A DNA stretch of 64,000 bases. Origin: Pelomyxa schiedti. Its lineage: Eukaryota; Protista; Evosea. The stretch is from NCBI GenBank assembly GCA_020536535.1, contig JAHLWZ010000711.1:27927-91926 (forward strand). The letters are read 5' to 3'. A program made the translations under genes and the position numbers. This document shows, in pieces, positions 1-14,114 of this stretch. Each line of letters opens with the position of its first letter. Within the stretch, counting starts at the first letter, position 1. The notes below the pieces were generated by a model. That model ran no database searches. It was not told the DNA's origin and saw only the letters and a program-made list of their open reading frames with translations.

Positions 1-427
1 CGTTGGATAAGGACTCATCAACGTAAATTTCAGTGTGGGTGGCTTTCAGTTGATCTAGCCTAACTTTGTTTTCACCTTTTAAACTTGAAGGTGAAAAAGG
101 ATTCACCATAGAGAATAGGCAGCCCCGCTATCAAGTAAGTAGAGAAAATCCGAAGTAAAAGTCTGGTTGCCAATAATGCCACTCAGTGAGTTTGCCAGCA
201 CCTTCTGGCTGGAGCTGAATCCCTATAATCATAACCTCAGAACCCGCAACCAAAACCAACAAGAATAGCAGGGCCCGCACAGCTACGTTGAGGACCCACA
301 CAGTTTCCGCCAGTTTTGTGGCTGGATAAGGACTGCCTTGTATTCTCTCCACCCCATTGATACTCCACTCACAACGAACAAACACCACCAGAAGGCACAA
401 CAACACAGCTCCGTGTACAAGAGCCAT
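1..427 (-). CDS. 5' part of a secreted/membrane protein of unknown function; multi-exon, runs off the window
   Basis: ATG at 427 followed by a signal-peptide-like stretch (MALVHGAVLLCLLVVFVRC), then short GT-AG introns; no family recognised. Confidence 0.5.
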
Positions 428-551
428 CCCGAAAAAAAAACCGTTTGAACGGAAAAAATGCTTGCTTCTTTGATCAAAAATCCCAAAATGTTTTTCATTG
501 ATGTTGCTGAAACGACGCCTATCTCAATAGAAGATACAGAACACAAAGACT

Positions 552-2877
552 CTACGCAGCTAGCTCCTCCTCTTCGTATTTCTGGTACTCAGTGCACACA
601 AAGCAATCCCACTCTGACCTGCTGTCACTCACCTCTGCCATGTGGTCATCATTCAAGTTAGTCATAGTCTCCATCCCCAAGGCACTGCTCTTGCCGGCTG
701 CATTCATTGCTACAGCTGATTCTGATAGTGCCGGTGGTGGTGATGCTGCTGCATTGGGAGCGCGGCCAGGGCGGGCCCACCTCAGTTGTTCTGATTCCTC
801 AAGCTCCGCGAGCTTGGCTGGATTTGTGAGGGTGGTGAAGAACTGCCTCGCCATGCTGCTGTTGATGATCCTGTTAAGTGTCACGGTGGTGCCCTTGGCT
901 CCAACCATATCCAGAAGTTCGCGGTAGACATCAGTCCAATCAATGGGTTCTTCACCAAGGTTCAGGAGCTGTTGTTGTTGTGAGTTTTTACCGGGTTTTA
1001 TTTTGTGTTTGTATGATTAAATGGAATTGAGTTTACCCCTTGGCTTATGTGCTTATAAAATTGCTCCATTTCATAGCCACTGAGTATGCCGTCGGAATCA
1101 AGGTCCAGAACGGAAAACCAATACCATGCACTGGCTGCATCACCTTTGTCCTCCTCGCTCATTATAAACCACACCCAATCCATAAACGTAGCACCTCCGA
1201 CACTTTCACCAGAGGTTCCACGCCACTGTACTTCCGTAGAACTAGTGTGAGAATTCTGCACGGGAGGTCTTGAACCCTGGAGATTCAGCGGAATCGGGTG
1301 AATTGAAGTGCATCTATCGGCAACAAAGCGAGTAACACATCTGTAGTCATTGTAGTTATGAATATCACTGCTTCTCAGGACGTGGTCATGGTCATGATCC
1401 AGTTCCCAAAACTGTGTGAAGTAAGAAGGGTACACATCAATAGTGGATACTTTGTAGTAAACAACGCAGAAGTCTTGATATGCAAAAACTGTTCCATAAA
1501 GGTCTTCAGAAGACGAAATATGTAGGAGAACTTTAAGTAAGTTGCACTTTTGTAGAATGTCCCGTCTTCCAAGAACTCCTTGGTGAGATCTCCCTGTTTG
1601 TCTGAATAAGCGAACAATCACATGATCGCAGTAGTAGCTCATAAACTCAGGTGCCTCACTAGATACTGTTATTTGGTCAAATGTTTAACGTTGATATACC
1701 GCAAAGCCTGAAGACCAGGATGACTCTGAGCAATAGATTGCACAAGAACTCTCAGATTCGCCGGAACTAGTGTGTTAGGCACACTTGCACGCGCAGTGGC
1801 CGGGCTTGTAGATGCACCAGTAGCATAAACCCCAGGGGAAGTAGTGCATATCCGCAGAACGCACCACAACATATCATCTATTCCTTTATTTCTCAAATAC
1901 CTCACATGAAACTTCTTCAAGTCACCCAGCTCAACTACTTTTCTCCCAGAAGCATTAGAGCCCTGCGGCGATGATGACATCTGTTGCATCACACCACCGT
2001 GAGTGTGACGAGGAGTCCTGGACAACCAATGTGCCACAATCGAGCAGATTACACGAGGAAGCTTAGTGGAAGCTCGAAGCTGGGATTCTGCATGTGCAAT
2101 ACTCACTTCGGCAGAGGGTTCTGACAGTGAAGTAGGCCTTTGTTGCCTCAAAGAACCCGGATTCACACTGAAATTCTTACTTCTCCTCTCACTTTGAGTT
2201 CCAGTGGGTGTACCATTCCCAGGATGATTCGGATTCGGTGGAATCGAGGAATTGTTGTCATTATGCTTCTGATGTGAAGGATCCTGATTGGGAGGGCTCC
2301 CATAATCCCGCCCCCCGTCACTGTTCTTGGAAACCCCCAACAGGCTCGGCGACTCGGCCGGCGGAGTCTGAGACTGGAGGACTGGAAGGGAATGAGGCCT
2401 GTATCGCCCATGCGTGATCCGATTGGTCCTCAGATTCTCAACAATAGCAACTGCAGCTACAGAGGAGGCACTATGTTGGCTTTGGGGGGTGATTTTCACA
2501 CCAGAAGGCGATGATGGGACGGTGAATTCCACCACAGAATTGTCTCTGGGAGATGCACATTCCAGCGGGCTGGGTCGTCCCATAACCCGGGTCTTGGTAG
2601 ACACCGCCGCCTCGCCTTTATCGGTGACTGGCTTCCCTGCCGCCGATGGCTTCTTGACAAGTGTTGTGGTCGCCGTTGCCAAATTTGATGACGCCAGCTG
2701 CACTGCATCGCGTCCTTGTTGCAATTGTGGGTTTTGATGCGAGCGCTGCTCATGGCTTGCGGAAGTAGTGATGGAAACAAAGAGGGTGTCGATAAATGAC
2801 TTTGTCTCAGGGAGGCACAGCCAACGCCTGAACTCTTCGTCGACTTTGATTTGCGCGACGGGGCGCAGCACCTTCAT
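552..2877 (-). CDS. PPP2R3: Protein phosphatase 2A regulatory subunit B'' (EF-hand, PR72/PPP2R3 family), multi-exon
   Basis: N-terminal KVDEEFRRWLCLPET, SHPGLQ, FWELDHDHD, EF-hand YWFSVLDLDSDGILSGYEMEQFY and C-terminal SEWDCFVCTEY match the B'' family. ATG at 2877, stop at 552. Confidence 0.88.
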
Positions 2878-2981
2878 GTGTTTGCAAACGCAACGTCCGG
2901 TGTGTCTTGTCACTTTGTTGTGTGCAGTTTTCCTCGAGTTTTCTTTAGAACAAATATGCTAAAGACAGGCTTTTTTTTTTT

Positions 2982-3737
2982 TTACTCACTCTGAGTCAGC
3001 TGATTTACGATTCCAATAACGTTTGCAGGGTTTGTTTCTACTATGTGACCGTTCACAACAATCTTCATACGCACATTAGAGGTGGAGGAAAAAAAAGGGG
3101 AATAACCTCATCTAGAACAAAATGGGCGGTGTCGAGATGATACATTATCTGTTTGGAAAAGATTACACGAAACACTTAATGGTATCTCTGCATATTTCTA
3201 TAGGAGAAGCTACTTACATCTAATTCGCACACATTCTCAAACAAGGTATTATAAACCTCTATTAAAAATTGAATGAACTCCAAAACTGCCAAGTCATTCT
3301 GGAGTATTGTTGAGAGGGAGTTGAAATCCTTCAAAAACAAGAAAACCTCAGTGGTATCAACTCCAACAACAACAAAGAGTGATGCATATCGCCGATAAAC
3401 TATCTTGTGGTCTCGGAATTCCAAGAATGAGCACTATTTGGCCACGTTAAACAAAAAAAAAGGACTCCAAACTCAACTAGTAGCAACCGCTTAAATTTCA
3501 CTATACTCTATGTAAACTAGCTCCCATAATTCTATCCAGGGAGTGACACAACCACAAATTACTAATAAGATGTGTGAATGAGGCACCCATGAGTACTTGG
3601 TTTTCAGATCGCGACAGGCACTTCCTCACCACCTCGGACTCGAGTGTGATTCTGTCCCTCGTCGACAAGTGCACCCCATAATACCGTGACAGCCTCGTCT
3701 GCCCCTGCTTGTTCATCATAAGAACGTACTTGATCAT
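2982..3737 (-). CDS. AP4S1: Adaptor protein complex AP-4 sigma subunit, multi-exon
   Basis: [45 protein letters not shown] and [11 protein letters not shown]. The NKQGQTRL motif is typical of sigma-4. Confidence 0.88.
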
Positions 3738-3874
3738 CTCTGCGGTCCTCCCCTTTCTTCCCTCACTTCAACAGACACCCAGACACCACCCCCAATTTTT
3801 TGATCACCTTTAGTGATCGCCAAGGCGTTCCGCTGCTTTGAAATTCCTGGAAAACAGAGGAAAACAAACCAAAA

Positions 3875-5569
3875 ATGAAGAAACAGGGCATTGTATTGCA
3901 CGGAACGACGACGAAAAGAAACGGAAACAGTGGCAGCTGTGCAGGGAGACAGAGTCAATTACAACAAGAAGTAGCCCCTACGTCTCAGTCCTCGCAGGGC
4001 GATCAGCAGGACCAACAACGAGGACAAGACACCCACGAGCACGACCACGAGGCACCAGGCGCCAACGCCAACAACAACAGCAACAACAAGGGCACCAACA
4101 CCAACAACAACAACAATCCGAGGCACGAGCACTATGACGACGACGAGTCGAGCATCGAGGCGGAGCTGGCGACGCTGAGGCAGAAGAAGCAGATGGTGCT
4201 GCTGGGGAGGCTGGCCCCCAGGGGCGACGACACGGAGAGCAGCAGCGCCAGCGACGACTGGGGCGGCGACGGCGACCCCGAGGGAGAGGGCGAAGGAGAC
4301 GGCGACGGCGACGAGGAGGAAGACGGGGACGAGACCCAGAGGACCGACGACGGCGCCGCCGCCGACGGCAGCACGAACTACGGCGAGGACGAAGAAGGAG
4401 GAGGAGGAGGAGGAGGCGGAGGCGGCAGGGGCGCGAGGCCGCGAAGAGCCGACAATGCTGACACTAATGGCAAGAATCCACGGCAGCAACATCAACAGCA
4501 GCAACAACAGCAGCAGCAAGGCGTGAGACTCCCAAAGTTGAAATTGCCGGGTGCCAAGAGGAATGGGAATGCGGAAGCTCAGCAGCGAGCAGGGAGCAGG
4601 GCAAGCGTTGATGGCAAGAAGAACTTGAACTGGGCCAAAGCCGAAATAGAAACTATACGGGCGAACCGCGCCAGAATTGCACAGGTTCTTCAGCAGCAAC
4701 AACAAAACCACATACAACAGCAGCAGCAGGATCAGCAGCGGCAACAACAAATTCCACAAACATCACAGATTCTGGGTCAAATAACTTCCGCTAGTGTACC
4801 TGGGGATAGGGCAGTGGAAATCCTTGCGCAAGAACTTGATCGGGAAAGGGCTAAGAATTCAACTCTGGTTGAAGAAAATGCGAGATTGCAATCAGTCGCT
4901 TCGGAATTACTTGTGCTCTTAGGTACAGCGTCTGATGCATTGAATGTGATTCACGATGTCGAGAACGCACAGCTCTTTGATGACGATAGCGACAACGGCA
5001 AGCCGTCGGATGTGAAAAGGCGGGAGCGCATGTTATCAAAAAAGCTACTACAGGTACAGGCTGAAAATACAGCCCTGAGAAACGAACTTGCAACAACGAA
5101 AGCAAGAGCAAACGAACTATCCACACTTCTCGTCAAGGGTGGTATAAGACCGCACTCACCAAGGCACCATCACACCGATCAACAACTCGTAATCTCACCA
5201 CCAGTTTTGCAGCAGCAACAGCCACCTGTAATATACCAACAACCAAACACATCCGCAATGGAACAGATGAGTGCCGCAGCAGCGGCTGCAGCCGCGGCCG
5301 CTGCAACAGCGGCTACCAACGCCGTGGTTACTGCTGTCACTGAGACGACCCGGTTTCAAGTTCAAACAAGTGTTCTACTTGGACTCCAGAGTACACTCTC
5401 TGACCTAGAAACTCTTTCCCAAAGGAGACTTGGGCAAGACCCCTACAACAACACACAACAGCAACACCCACCCAACATCCCCCCAACCCAAATCAACAAT
5501 AACAACATTCCTTATCAAGCCAGCCTTCTCCGCGCCACATCAACATACTCCCACGGCTGGCGCAGTTAA
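3875..5569 (+). CDS. Low-complexity (Q/N/G/D/E-rich) coiled-coil protein of unknown function; may extend to about 5747 via a 3' intron
   Basis: 564-aa ORF with heptad segments (ELDRERAKNSTLVEENARLQ; LLQVQAENTALRNEL) and homopolymer tracts. Confidence 0.7.
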   Translation: MKKQGIVLHGTTTKRNGNSGSCAGRQSQLQQEVAPTSQSSQGDQQDQQRGQDTHEHDHEAPGANANNNSNNKGTNTNNNNNPRHEHYDDDESSIEAELATLRQKKQMVLLGRLAPRGDDTESSSASDDWGGDGDPEGEGEGDGDGDEEEDGDETQRTDDGAAADGSTNYGEDEEGGGGGGGGGGRGARPRRADNADTNGKNPRQQHQQQQQQQQQGVRLPKLKLPGAKRNGNAEAQQRAGSRASVDGKKNLNWAKAEIETIRANRARIAQVLQQQQQNHIQQQQQDQQRQQQIPQTSQILGQITSASVPGDRAVEILAQELDRERAKNSTLVEENARLQSVASELLVLLGTASDALNVIHDVENAQLFDDDSDNGKPSDVKRRERMLSKKLLQVQAENTALRNELATTKARANELSTLLVKGGIRPHSPRHHHTDQQLVISPPVLQQQQPPVIYQQPNTSAMEQMSAAAAAAAAAAATAATNAVVTAVTETTRFQVQTSVLLGLQSTLSDLETLSQRRLGQDPYNNTQQQHPPNIPPTQINNNNIPYQASLLRATSTYSHGWRS

Positions 5570-6065
5570 TATCCCCCTCCATTTGAATGTATATACAGGC
5601 CACTGCAGTGGCACCCACATCACAGTTACAAACAAGAGAAGTCAACACAGGCATCAAAACCAGAGAAGCAAAAAGCCGAACAATCGAATTCGTCCTTTTT
5701 GCCGTTTTGGAGAAAAGAGGTGTTCCACGACAGCCCCAACAGGATAGCACCTCCGATCTTCCACGAAGTTAAATTTATTACATCAGCAAAAAGCAATCAA
5801 GAGTTTTCCTAAGCTTCCAAAAAAGCCAACCAAACAAAAAAAAAAATTCTGCACAGGCAACATTGTTGTGCAACGTGCTGCGTCCCAATCGACACACCAC
5901 ATCAACGGAGCCCCAATTGAAATCCCCACACCACAACTAATTTCTTGTGGTCGTTGGTTCTGATTTTTGGCCCGTCCCTGAATTTTGACTCCCAACCGAC
6001 GCCAAGCGAATAAACAAGCAACCCATAAGGCAGAACCAGCGGCACAAACACCGACACAAAAAAAA

Positions 6066-8740
6066 ATGTCATCTGTACTCTCTGCCAGCGCGCCACTTGG
6101 GGCCTCGGCCCCTCCCAGGCCCAAAGTTTTGCCCCCGCTCAAGCTGAACCTGCTCGCGGTGCCCACGGGGGGCGCAGCGACGGCGCCGCTGAGCCCGAGC
6201 TCGACCCTGACTGTGCCCAAGGCGAATTCCCCGCCGCTGCAGTGCATGGCGTCGCCGTCGGCTTCGGCGACGATGTCAGGACCATCCGGGGGCTTTTTGG
6301 GCCTCAGTCTCAGCGCCACGATGTCGCCGTCGGCCCCGGCGGCGTCTCCCATAACTCCGAGGTCGCTGGCTCTGGCGCATTCGATGAGAGGATCCCCGGA
6401 CCAGAGAGTGGTTGTGCACTCTCAAATTGGTGACGTGGTGAGTGTGTTTCTATATTGCTTCGCGAAATTTTCTTCCTAACCAATGTATACTATCAACATA
6501 CATTTTTTTCTTACATATAATAATTCTTTTTTTACCGTGGTAACCCCAATTCCATCATAAGACTGTTGGAGAAGTTATTGGAAGGGGTGCTACTGCTGTA
6601 GTTCATAAGGGGCTTGTCTCCACGGGCCAAGTTGTTGCTATTAAAGTTGTGAACTCTTCAGTTGTGAGTTCTGCTGCCTTCCAATCCATTACAGAGGAGA
6701 TTGATATGCTGATCAAACTGAACCACAAAAACATCATCAGCGTTTTGGGCTACTCTCTCATGAATAAGTTTTTGTACATCTTTCTTGAGTTGCGTATTTC
6801 CCAGTCTCACATGTGTATCTGACCCCTGCATAAGGTATGGTGAAGGAGGTTCTCTGTCACACACGATCAAAGAGTTTGGACCACTTCAAGAAACCCTTGC
6901 TGTAATGTATATCGAACAAGTTCTCAAGGCATTAGTTTATCTTCATAGCAAAGAAGTTATACACAGGTATTCCATAACAATCTCCCCTTCACTCACCCAT
7001 GATATTCCAATCTGTCCTGAAATAGAGACCTTAAGGTTTTAATACGAATCTAATCTTACCGTTCTGATGGTTTCCTCACAGGCTGCAAATATATTGATGA
7101 CCAAGATAGGAACTGTGAAATTGTGTGACTTTGGAGTCTCTGCAGATTTGCATGATAGCAGCAAGCAATTTTCGGTAAGACCCCAGAGAAAATTGCGCTA
7201 GTTTTTTTAACTACTCTACAGGTTGTCGGATCACCCTATTGGAGTATGACACTGCGTACTATTTTCCATTTTATTTAATTTCCCTCCAATACAACAGTTG
7301 CTCCTGAAATTATTCAAATCTCCGGACACTGCCCCGAGTCGGACATATGGTATTTATTGTGTACCTTTTAAGCCAACTCAAGCAAATAAGGAGTTTGGGT
7401 TGCACTATTGTCGAGTTGTTAACTGGAAATCCTCCTTTTTATAAGTAACCAGCTTTTCTATGATAACCTCTTAGTTAACAGTTTCTCAGCTTGAATGCTA
7501 TGGCGGCCATGTTTAAAATTGTGAATGATGACATGCCCATCCCACCTAACTGTTCACCAGTAATAAACCCATATATTCTTTTTTTCGTCTTAAGCTTCCT
7601 AGGAAATGACTGATGTTCTCCAAAAGTGTTTTAAAAAGGAACCCTCAGAAAGGCCTTCTGCCCAAGAATTACTAAATCACCCTCTATTTCAGGTAACAAG
7701 CACAAAAGAAACCAAACCAGTAACAGTTTCCAGAAAGCACATTCCAATGCAAGTGCAAATACCGATGAAATTCAGCGACTGGCTGTTTATTCTCGGTCTG
7801 CTAGCTCTACTGCACTGCTTCGTACTTTCTTGCTCTCTTTATCCCCTCTGTAACGTAAATATAGCCTCACAATCTGGTCTTGCCGCAGAAGCAGCCAAGC
7901 CCATTCAAGTCGTATCCGCAACGAAGGAGCTCACGGAAATGAGGCAATTACATGATGATTACAGCAGAATACAGGAGGAAATTGAGGAACTTACATCAAA
8001 AAATACACAACTAAAGAAACTCAATGAAGAAACAGAGGTATTGCGTCTTCATTATTGGCGTTTTCTTCCCTCTTTCCAGCGACAAATTGAGGCCAGAAAT
8101 AAAGAATACAAGTTTTTATTGACACACACAATGGATGTCATAAAAGTCCATGCTATGTACTTCTTCACTTTTATACCCCTTTTTTTCCTTAACATGAACA
8201 GTGGCTCCCAACAAGAGCTAGCGCAAAAAATAGCCATTTTTGAAAGAGAAACCGGAATAGCACTAGTGAGCCCTTCGCTATTTCTTAATGTTCAATGCAT
8301 TAATCCAGCTCCACCCAACCTTTTTTTCCCCTCCCCAACAGGTTCCCCAAGAAGAGCCCAAACACACACACCACCACGCGCACCATCACCGCCACAGGCA
8401 CCGTCACTCAGACACAAGCCTCTCCTCTTCATCCCCAGTCCAGCAAACCCTCAACAACACAGTAATAACCACACTCAACAGCGGAGCACAGATTCTGCAC
8501 ACATCGGACTCCAACGCATCACCGCCGGTCACTTCGACTTCCGCGCCGCTCACGGCGCCGCCGTCGCCGCCTGCACTCGCGCCGAAATCACCCCCGTTGA
8601 TCGCGGCCAACGGCGCGGCAATGGGGACACCGGAGAACAGAAAGATACTCACCGAGTCTGGAACGATGTCGCTGGATCAGAAGAAGAAGAAAGCTGGGTT
8701 CTTTGGGAAGCACTTCAGGCGGAAAAGTGATGAAGAGTGA
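6066..8740 (+). CDS. STE-group Ser/Thr kinase, Cdc15/Cdc7/SepH/MAP3K-epsilon-like, with C-terminal coiled coil
   Basis: Spliced motifs IGRGATAVV, VAIK, HRDLKAANIL, DFG, VVGSPYWIAPE, DIWSLGCTIVELLTGNPPF, RPSAQELLNHP. Confidence 0.9.
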
Positions 8741-8895
8741 GGAGCAATTGGGGCACCCTTTGGCGTTGGGCACAGTTACTTACACTTTTTGTATCTATCT
8801 ACTGTTTAAAAATATTCGTCTATTTTCTTTTTCTTGTTGCTTCAAAAAGGATAGGGTGTGGCAGTGTGCCGCTCTTTTTTTTTTTTTACAGCTGA

Positions 8896-9879
8896 TCAAA
8901 ACACCAGGAATTTTGCAATTTTAGTCAGGAGAAACCCGGGTAGTGCTAGCAAGGAGCTGTCCTTTCCGGTTCTGGGGTGGTGTGCACAAAGAACGGAAAT
9001 AACAGCCTTCCTGTAAGCATGGAGGCCATATTTGCGCCACGTGAGGCCACAGATGTAGGGAAATTTGCCACTACCCCAGCGGCATAGTGAATCCTGCAGA
9101 ATTTTGTTGGTGACGTGCCGGGGAGTGGATGTTGCAGACTCTCTCTGGTTCTGCATTGCACAGAAAATCCTATCAGAGTACGGTTTGAGGTGAATTGTGC
9201 CCCATTTCTTGGGATCGTCCGGAATACCGTGATGCGAAGTGTTGCACCAGGTGCCTGGCTTGATGAAGCACAGCTGGTGAACTCTTACGGTGTAAAAGGG
9301 CACAAATTCTTCAATTTGCAACGCTCCTGGTAGAGAGGGCCGTATGATTTCCGAGGAAGGAAATGAATGGAATTACACAGGAACTTAGGGTCAAAAATGC
9401 TTACCTTTGCTTGCACGGTATAGCAAAGGACCGGAGCAAACAACTTCTCCAACTTCGTTCACAGTCCACACTCCCTCGCTTAGTCCAAAATATGCCACAC
9501 TGGTACCACTAGTTTAAATAGAAATGGGTTAGTAGATAACCCTAGTAGTAGTCGAAAGCATTTAATGTATCTGTGAGGTATATCTGGGGGGTATTGTTTG
9601 TGCGCACATACAAGATGTCTCAGCCAACTCATAGTGACTACGACCCTTCTCGTCAGTAGACAACGCTAGAATTACATCGTGTTTGCTCTATGTTTCGTTT
9701 CATGGTTTCATTCAACAACATCGAAGCAAACATGGTGCAGTGAGTGGCTCCACATTCCGTCCACCATCGTTTCGTCGATCAAAACATCGTCGGTGTACCC
9801 TGACCCTTCGTTATTTCCCATACGGCCGGGTAATTCTCCTAACTAACACAATAGTGCCCCAGATGGAATTGGCAGTCAT
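8896..9879 (-). CDS. Hypothetical multi-exon protein with C-terminal HPRxG..S.L..LP..LL..I motif
   Basis: Last exon is the 141-aa ORF ending CAHHPRTGKDSSLLALPGFLLTKIAKFLVF. Upstream short exons and the start codon are uncertain. Confidence 0.55.
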
Positions 9880-10067
9880 GGTGTAGCAGCTGGTTATTTG
9901 GCGAAGGTTAGTTCGCAGTAGATCTCTGCTTAAAAAGCTCCACACAATACTTCTGTAATTTTGTATGGCAGAACCAATAACTCTCACTAAACTGAGGTCT
10001 GACGAAACAAAAAAAAGACTTTTTTTCCCCTCCCAAGGATGGAATAAGTAAAAGCAACAAACAAATT

Positions 10068-12095
10068 TTAGAAGCGGAAGCCAAATTCCTCCCCAAACTC
10101 GGCTTTGGACTCTTTGTTGAAAATCTCGATGTACTGGTGAATGGTGGTGACGGCAAGCAGAATTCCTGTTCCTGATCCAATGGCACCCATAAAGTCCGCC
10201 GTGACTGTTTTGTTTGTTACTACTGAGCTGGGGGTGGAAAGTAAAAGGAAGATACCAGACAAAGCACCAATGCAGAGACCGCCAAGAGCGGCTGCTGTTG
10301 GGATGTATCTGTTGAGTCGCTTCTCCATGGAAGTGTCCCTGTAGCCTGCGAGTGTCATTCTCTTGTCACGAAGGTCTTTGGCCACATCCGCAGCTGAGCT
10401 GCCTGAGACCTCAATCCAGGTCTTGGAAAACACCGCACAAGTGGTAAGAACGAAGGTAACATAGACGATTCCGTGCAGCGGGTCTAGGAAAGTGGTAAAT
10501 ATCACGAAGCCAAAGGAAACCATTAAGTACACACCCGTTAAAAACGCGTACATGCTGTTTGGAGGTGACAGGTAATAAGCCAGACCTCCAACAGGGACTG
10601 ACTGCCCTTGAGAACCAGGTGGAATCTGGAACGAATGAGATCGTTTGCTGTAAAAAGGTAAGGTTGTACCTCCCACTGGCCGATAAGGCTCACAAATGGG
10701 TAATCTCCATAACGGCGATAGATCAACTGTGAAAGGAAATACATGTTGCTGACCATGGCAGTTTGCAAGATAATTGGAATGTTGCTTGTGTAGAAGAGCT
10801 ATCGTAGAGATTACTAAAAAGTATGCAGGAAATGCGTATGGACCTTAATTGGGTAGGAACCACCAGGACCCCTTACGTTCTGAGAGTGTAAGGCGAGCTG
10901 CACTCTGAACCCCTATGAATTGTTGAGGAAATTATTTTACTTACGAGACAAACCTGGAACTCGATAACAACTAAGAAGATAATGATAGTAGCAATAAGAT
11001 TTGTAATGTTTGGCAGGTTGGAGCGGTAAAAGGCCTCTTTCAATGCACGGACCTTGTCCGCACGTGTAATGAGAAGGTGGAAGAGTGCGATAATGGCTCC
11101 CTCAAACTCGACACCTGGAAGGTTATGGTTTGACGGTTCATATGATTGAAATAAAGGTACCTCGACCACTGTTCACGGTGGCGGGGCTCAGAGATTTCCA
11201 GATAATATTCTCACAAATATTGGTGGCAATAAACAAAGAAATGCCAGAGCCCAAACCATAACCCTTTTGGAGTAGTTCATCCTTTTGGATACTAAGATCA
11301 CACAGTTGTATTAAAGAGGAGAGCACACAAGGGTGATGACAATGATGCCGGCAAACATAAGTTGCACGATGATTAGGAAACCGTTTATAAAACCAAGGTC
11401 ACGAGGGTCTCCGTACATGCCTTTATGGATAGTTATTCCATGCACTACTAGTAGACTCAAAAGAGATTACCAGACAACACATATGCTGTGCCTTGTCCAA
11501 TCGTGATAATCATACCAAAAACTGAGCAAACAATTAGGGTGAGAAAGCCCAACAAAATAAGTACGTTTTTGTGCGCCGTTGAAGAGTGCACGATCCTCGC
11601 GAAGTCCTTGATCCACAGAGATAATCTTCGACCCGGCAAGAAGTTGCATCACAAGGGAGCTGGTGACAATAGGGCTGGAGGAGTGTAAGCCATTTCAAAA
11701 ACTAACATGCACCCCCCAGCTCACCTGATTCCCAACTCCATCAAAGTTCCACGGTTTGATGCCATCACCACACGCGCCCAGTAGAATGGGTCAACATCAG
11801 TTGCTTTGATTCCAAACAGTGGGATTTGGCAACAAACAAGGAAAATGAACAATGTGATCACTGTCCACAACAACTTCTCGCGGAATTGAACCTATTGTGT
11901 CCAAAGCCAGAGAGACCATACTTCAGCCAGTTGCCACAAAAAACGAAAGAAAAAAAACGGAGAGCAGACGACAACAACGAATGCGAACTACGCAACAACA
12001 ACAAAGATCTACGACAAGTGTACCTTGCGGTCCGGTTGTGCGACCTCCGGGAGGACGTTCAAAAATGGCTTCGTGAGCTGTAGGAACCGCACCAT
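10068..12095 (-). CDS. SEC61A: Protein translocon subunit Sec61 alpha, multi-exon
   Basis: [81 protein letters not shown]. Confidence 0.98.
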
Positions 12096-13566
12096 TTTTT
12101 ACTTAAAAATGGTTTTTTGTCTTGTGTTGCAGCGACTTTTTCCAATTTTTCTTTTCTACTTTAGACCGTCGTTGTTTGACGTGGCTCTAATACAGTTGAC
12201 GAGATTTTGACTTTATCTTCAATCACAAGGATCAGCACAGTCCTGCGGTGAACATCCATGGATAATCATAGCACAATCCCCAGATCGTCTGGTCATTCTA
12301 GACAAGAGTTGGGCCCTGGAAACAAATCTTCACAATTTCCAACTTGGGTTCGAACGAAACGAACAAACGAGGTGAAGTTAACGAACGTCGATGGCTGCCA
12401 CGACTTGTACAACACAGCACACACAACGGTACCATCCCATAATTGGGTGTGAAGGCGAGGCCTTGGTGACGGCTGAGCTCCGTGGTTCGTTGTTGGAAGT
12501 GGCCGCTTGGGCTCTGCATGTAAATCCCTTCTAATACAATGAAGTCCCCACGCACGAAATATCGTGGAGTGATTTTAATACGAAGGGGCAAAAAAAACCA
12601 AACAGAACAATACATTTTACCAAAGAAAGTTTGATGAAGCTTGTTGTTTTGACACCTCTGATGTATTTAATTGGCTCAAAGAGGGCAAGCCAATTGAGAT
12701 GTCTTTTTCTGGGGATACACTGATTCTATTGTAGAAATTACAATCACAACACTCATCACACTGAACGACCTCTTAAAAAATAAACACACCAGGTGCACGG
12801 GAACAAACATGAAAATAAAGCTAGCACTTCCACAAGGTACTGTCCCTGTTCAAGATACAACCAGACTTGCCTTGGAAGTTGCATCTTTGCGTTCTGAGAT
12901 ACAAAAGCTCAGAAATGTGAAGAAGTGCTCTTGGTGTATTTTTTATCCTGGAAGGACTATTACTGGAACGGCGTGGCAAGATATACCTCTCAGTTGCACA
13001 TTAAAATGTCTCTCAGCTGTCAAGGTTCTACTACTTTAACTACACTATCACATTAGAATCGTTGGCTAACCAATGGCCAGGTAACCATACAATTCAGTGC
13101 ACTCATAAATCCAGTCTATGGAGGTGCTAGAATCATGATGGATGGAACGACTGTATTTGGAAAACAACCTACCTACGGGCTACAGTGGCTTGCTCCACAA
13201 ACGGGAGTTTGGTGTCGTGTGTCTCACTCTCCTTCATACATTTTCCTCCCTTGTATAACCCCAAAAAAAAGATTACAACATTGCCCGGATCCTCGAGCCC
13301 ATCACACCCGGCGTTCACACATTCACAGTCCAACTTCGTGCACAGAACGACGGCGGGACCGTACAGATACACGGAGGCGACGCCGATACCCAGTTCTGTC
13401 CTGCCTCTCTGTTTGTGGAGAACGTGGAGTGACCTGTCGCACGAACGGGGGAAGGAGAACTTTGCGAAACTTGGTTGTTAGTGTCCAAGACAACCCGTTG
13501 GTTGAAGCCTTCAAAAAAATAAAGCCAAGTCAAAACAAGAAAGAAGGACAGAAAAAAAAAAAACAA

Positions 13567-14082
13567 ATGAGCGGTTGCTGCCCTAGTTCGCCGCGCAGCG
13601 GGGAGGAGATCAACTCGGACGACGATGACGAAGAGAACGAAGACGTGACCACGCACCACCCGCTCGCGATGCCGTCGATTTCCTCCGACTCCGCGTCGTG
13701 CGCCGCCTCGTCGCCTCCCTCTTCGCACCAGCGCGACTGCCTGCTTCCCCGTCTCACGAGGCCGACGTCTCTCGAGCCCGAGCTGCAGCGCCGCGTTTTC
13801 GCGTACACCACCGACGGCGCGAACCGCTGCGTCGCGTCGCCCATCGTCGACGACATCGTCGGCAAGCGGCGGTGCAAGGACAACCTCGGCAGCATGGGCT
13901 CGCTGTGCTACGTGCGCGTGCTCGCCGAGGACGACCCAGACCGCGCCACGCTTCTGCGAAAACTGGCGGGGGAGGAGCCCTGGGCGTCGCCGGCTGAAGC
14001 CAGAGCTGTTGGTGTTTTGCTTGGAATGGCTATTGGTGACAGTTTTGGTGCTAGGCTGGAAGTATGCTTTTCTTTTTTTCCC

Positions 14083-14114
<32 letters not shown>

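Noticed and set aside
12200-13500. Short ORFs in the 1.3-kb Sec61-ARH spacer
   Set aside because: No recognisable motif or consistent exon chain. A small gene cannot be excluded, but none is supportable.
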